NCBI GenBank assembly: GCA_945867665.1
Contig: CAMBIR010000003.1
Coordinates: 18,757 to 82,756, forward strand
Length of the DNA: 64,000 nt
Direction of reading: 5' to 3'
Source of the DNA: an uncultured Bacillota bacterium
Lineage (GTDB): Bacteria; Bacillota_I; Bacilli_A; RF39; UBA660
A program made the translations under genes and the position numbers. This document shows, one piece after another, positions 62,680 to 64,000 of this stretch. Below the pieces are notes generated by a model. That model made no database searches. It was not told the DNA's origin and saw only the letters and a program-made list of their open reading frames with translations. The stretch's first letter is position 1, and the number at the start of each line of letters is the position of its first letter.

Positions 62680-62726
62680 ACATCACCAAGATTAATATAA
62701 CATAGATTCATTATTCTGTAAATATT

Positions 62727-63914
62727 TTATACTCCGCCCCTCATCATTCCTAAAAATTCTTGATAATAAACCATCAATAAATTTAACTTCTCCACATTTT
62801 CTTTAACTGTAACCCCAATTTCTTCAATCACTTTTCCATCTTCTATTAAGAGAACCTTACCAACTTCATCTCCAACCTTAACTGGTGCTTTAATTTTTTT
62901 CATTTCTAATTGATAGCGGACATTCCTTTTCTCACTAGATTTAGAATTCAATATCTTAACACTAGAAAGTGGAACAATCTCTACACTATCTTTTTTTCCT
63001 AATAATACTTTTTGCTTTTTTAATTTCACTTTTTCATCAATTAAAGTAGAAACCTCATAAGTATTAAAACCATAATTTAACATTTCTGTTGTCTCCCTAT
63101 TACGAACAGCGGAACTAGGTTCCCCCATCACAACCGTAATTAATCGCATATTACTTCTCTTAGCCGTTGTTGTAATACAATATCCAGCCTTTTTTGTATA
63201 TCCTGTTTTTAAACCATCTACCCCTTGATAATACCTTACTAACTTATTTGTATTTACAAGCCAAAAACTTTTTTCCGTATTTTTCCTCAAATAATCTTCA
63301 TATATTCCAGAAAATTCCAATATTTTTTTATGCTTTACAAGTTCCCTTGCTATCACACTCATATCATTAGCACTAGAATAATGATTATCACTATCTAAAC
63401 CACAAGCATTTTCAAAATGAGTATTGGAAAGCCCTAACTTTTCTGCCTTTTTATTCATAAGCACCACAAATTTTTCTTCTGTACCACCTATTCTCTCAGC
63501 CATCGCAACACTAGCATCATTTCCTGATGCAATGCAAATTCCCTTAACCAAATCTTCAACACTCATTTTTTCTCCTACTTCAAGAAAAATTTGAGACCCT
63601 CCCATCGAAGCCGCATGCTCAGAAGTAGTAATCATCTCATCCCACTTCAAACGACCAGCATCAATTTCTTCCATAATTAAAAGCAAAGTCATCATTTTTG
63701 TCATAGATGCCATTGGTAGTTTTTCATCTTTATTTTTCTCATAAAGAATCTTCCCCGTTGATGCCTCAATCATAATTGCACTCTTCGCATTACTAGCCAT
63801 CTCTGTACTATCCATACTACCATTTGAAGAATTATCCTCTTCTAAAGCAAAACAAAAAGACACACCAACTAGAAAAAGAACAACAAATAAAAACATTTTT
63901 TTCAACTTTCTCAC
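62727..63914 (-). CDS. D-alanyl-D-alanine carboxypeptidase (PBP5/DacB/DacF family)
   Basis: Signal peptide, 'SMTKMMT' SxxK motif, 'SGN' motif and 'KTG' motif ('LKTGYT'). Confidence 0.85.
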   Translation of the reverse strand: MRKLKKMFLFVVLFLVGVSFCFALEEDNSSNGSMDSTEMASNAKSAIMIEASTGKILYEKNKDEKLPMASMTKMMTLLLIMEEIDAGRLKWDEMITTSEHAASMGGSQIFLEVGEKMSVEDLVKGICIASGNDASVAMAERIGGTEEKFVVLMNKKAEKLGLSNTHFENACGLDSDNHYSSANDMSVIARELVKHKKILEFSGIYEDYLRKNTEKSFWLVNTNKLVRYYQGVDGLKTGYTKKAGYCITTTAKRSNMRLITVVMGEPSSAVRNRETTEMLNYGFNTYEVSTLIDEKVKLKKQKVLLGKKDSVEIVPLSSVKILNSKSSEKRNVRYQLEMKKIKAPVKVGDEVGKVLLIEDGKVIEEIGVTVKENVEKLNLLMVYYQEFLGMMRGGV

Positions 63915-64000
63915 CTAATAAAAAATATGACGAAAAAAGAAGAAAATACCTTTTCTTCCTCGAATACCAAATATTTTCTACTTCTTACTAAATATTTTCT

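Overview
This is a 64 kb chromosomal segment from a low-GC, AT-rich endospore-forming Firmicute. The sporulation assignment rests on a spoIIGA–sigE operon, a YjcZ-like small sporulation protein and SpoVB-type flippases. Most genes are on the minus strand and are ordinary housekeeping genes: map, a dgt-like HD hydrolase, nadK, cinA-C, murC, trmD, rimM, rsmE, ileS with a T-box leader, sepF, divIVA, rimP-nusA-ylxR-infB, uppP, def, rnhB, lon, secG, a Ca2+ P-type ATPase, dacB and three tRNAs. The main finding is a complete diversity-generating retroelement (DGR) at about 11.9–15.9 kb. Read in the direction of transcription (minus strand, 15904 down to 11915) it is: target2, a MutS-domain-I-like gene, avd, the template repeat (TR), a spacer, the reverse transcriptase (RT), and target1. 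The RT has the DGR-type '[IV]G…SQ' and 'YQDD' motifs. The TR is Asn/AAC-rich. Three paralogous secreted or anchored target proteins (two flanking the cassette and one 8.5 kb away at 3392..4780) carry a C-terminal variable region (VR) that differs from the TR mostly at TR adenines. VR1 and VR2 lie inside a perfect direct repeat of about 640 bp and are identical. The remote VR3 is diversified differently. A small accessory gene between target2 and avd encodes a MutS mismatch-binding domain I homologue that keeps the Phe-x-Glu motif. Other points of interest are a decayed Fic-family pseudogene, a Big_2–L,D-transpeptidase fusion, a large Cna-B-type surface protein with a non-canonical sorting signal, and a duplicated terminator module beside the tRNA-Pro/Ala pair.
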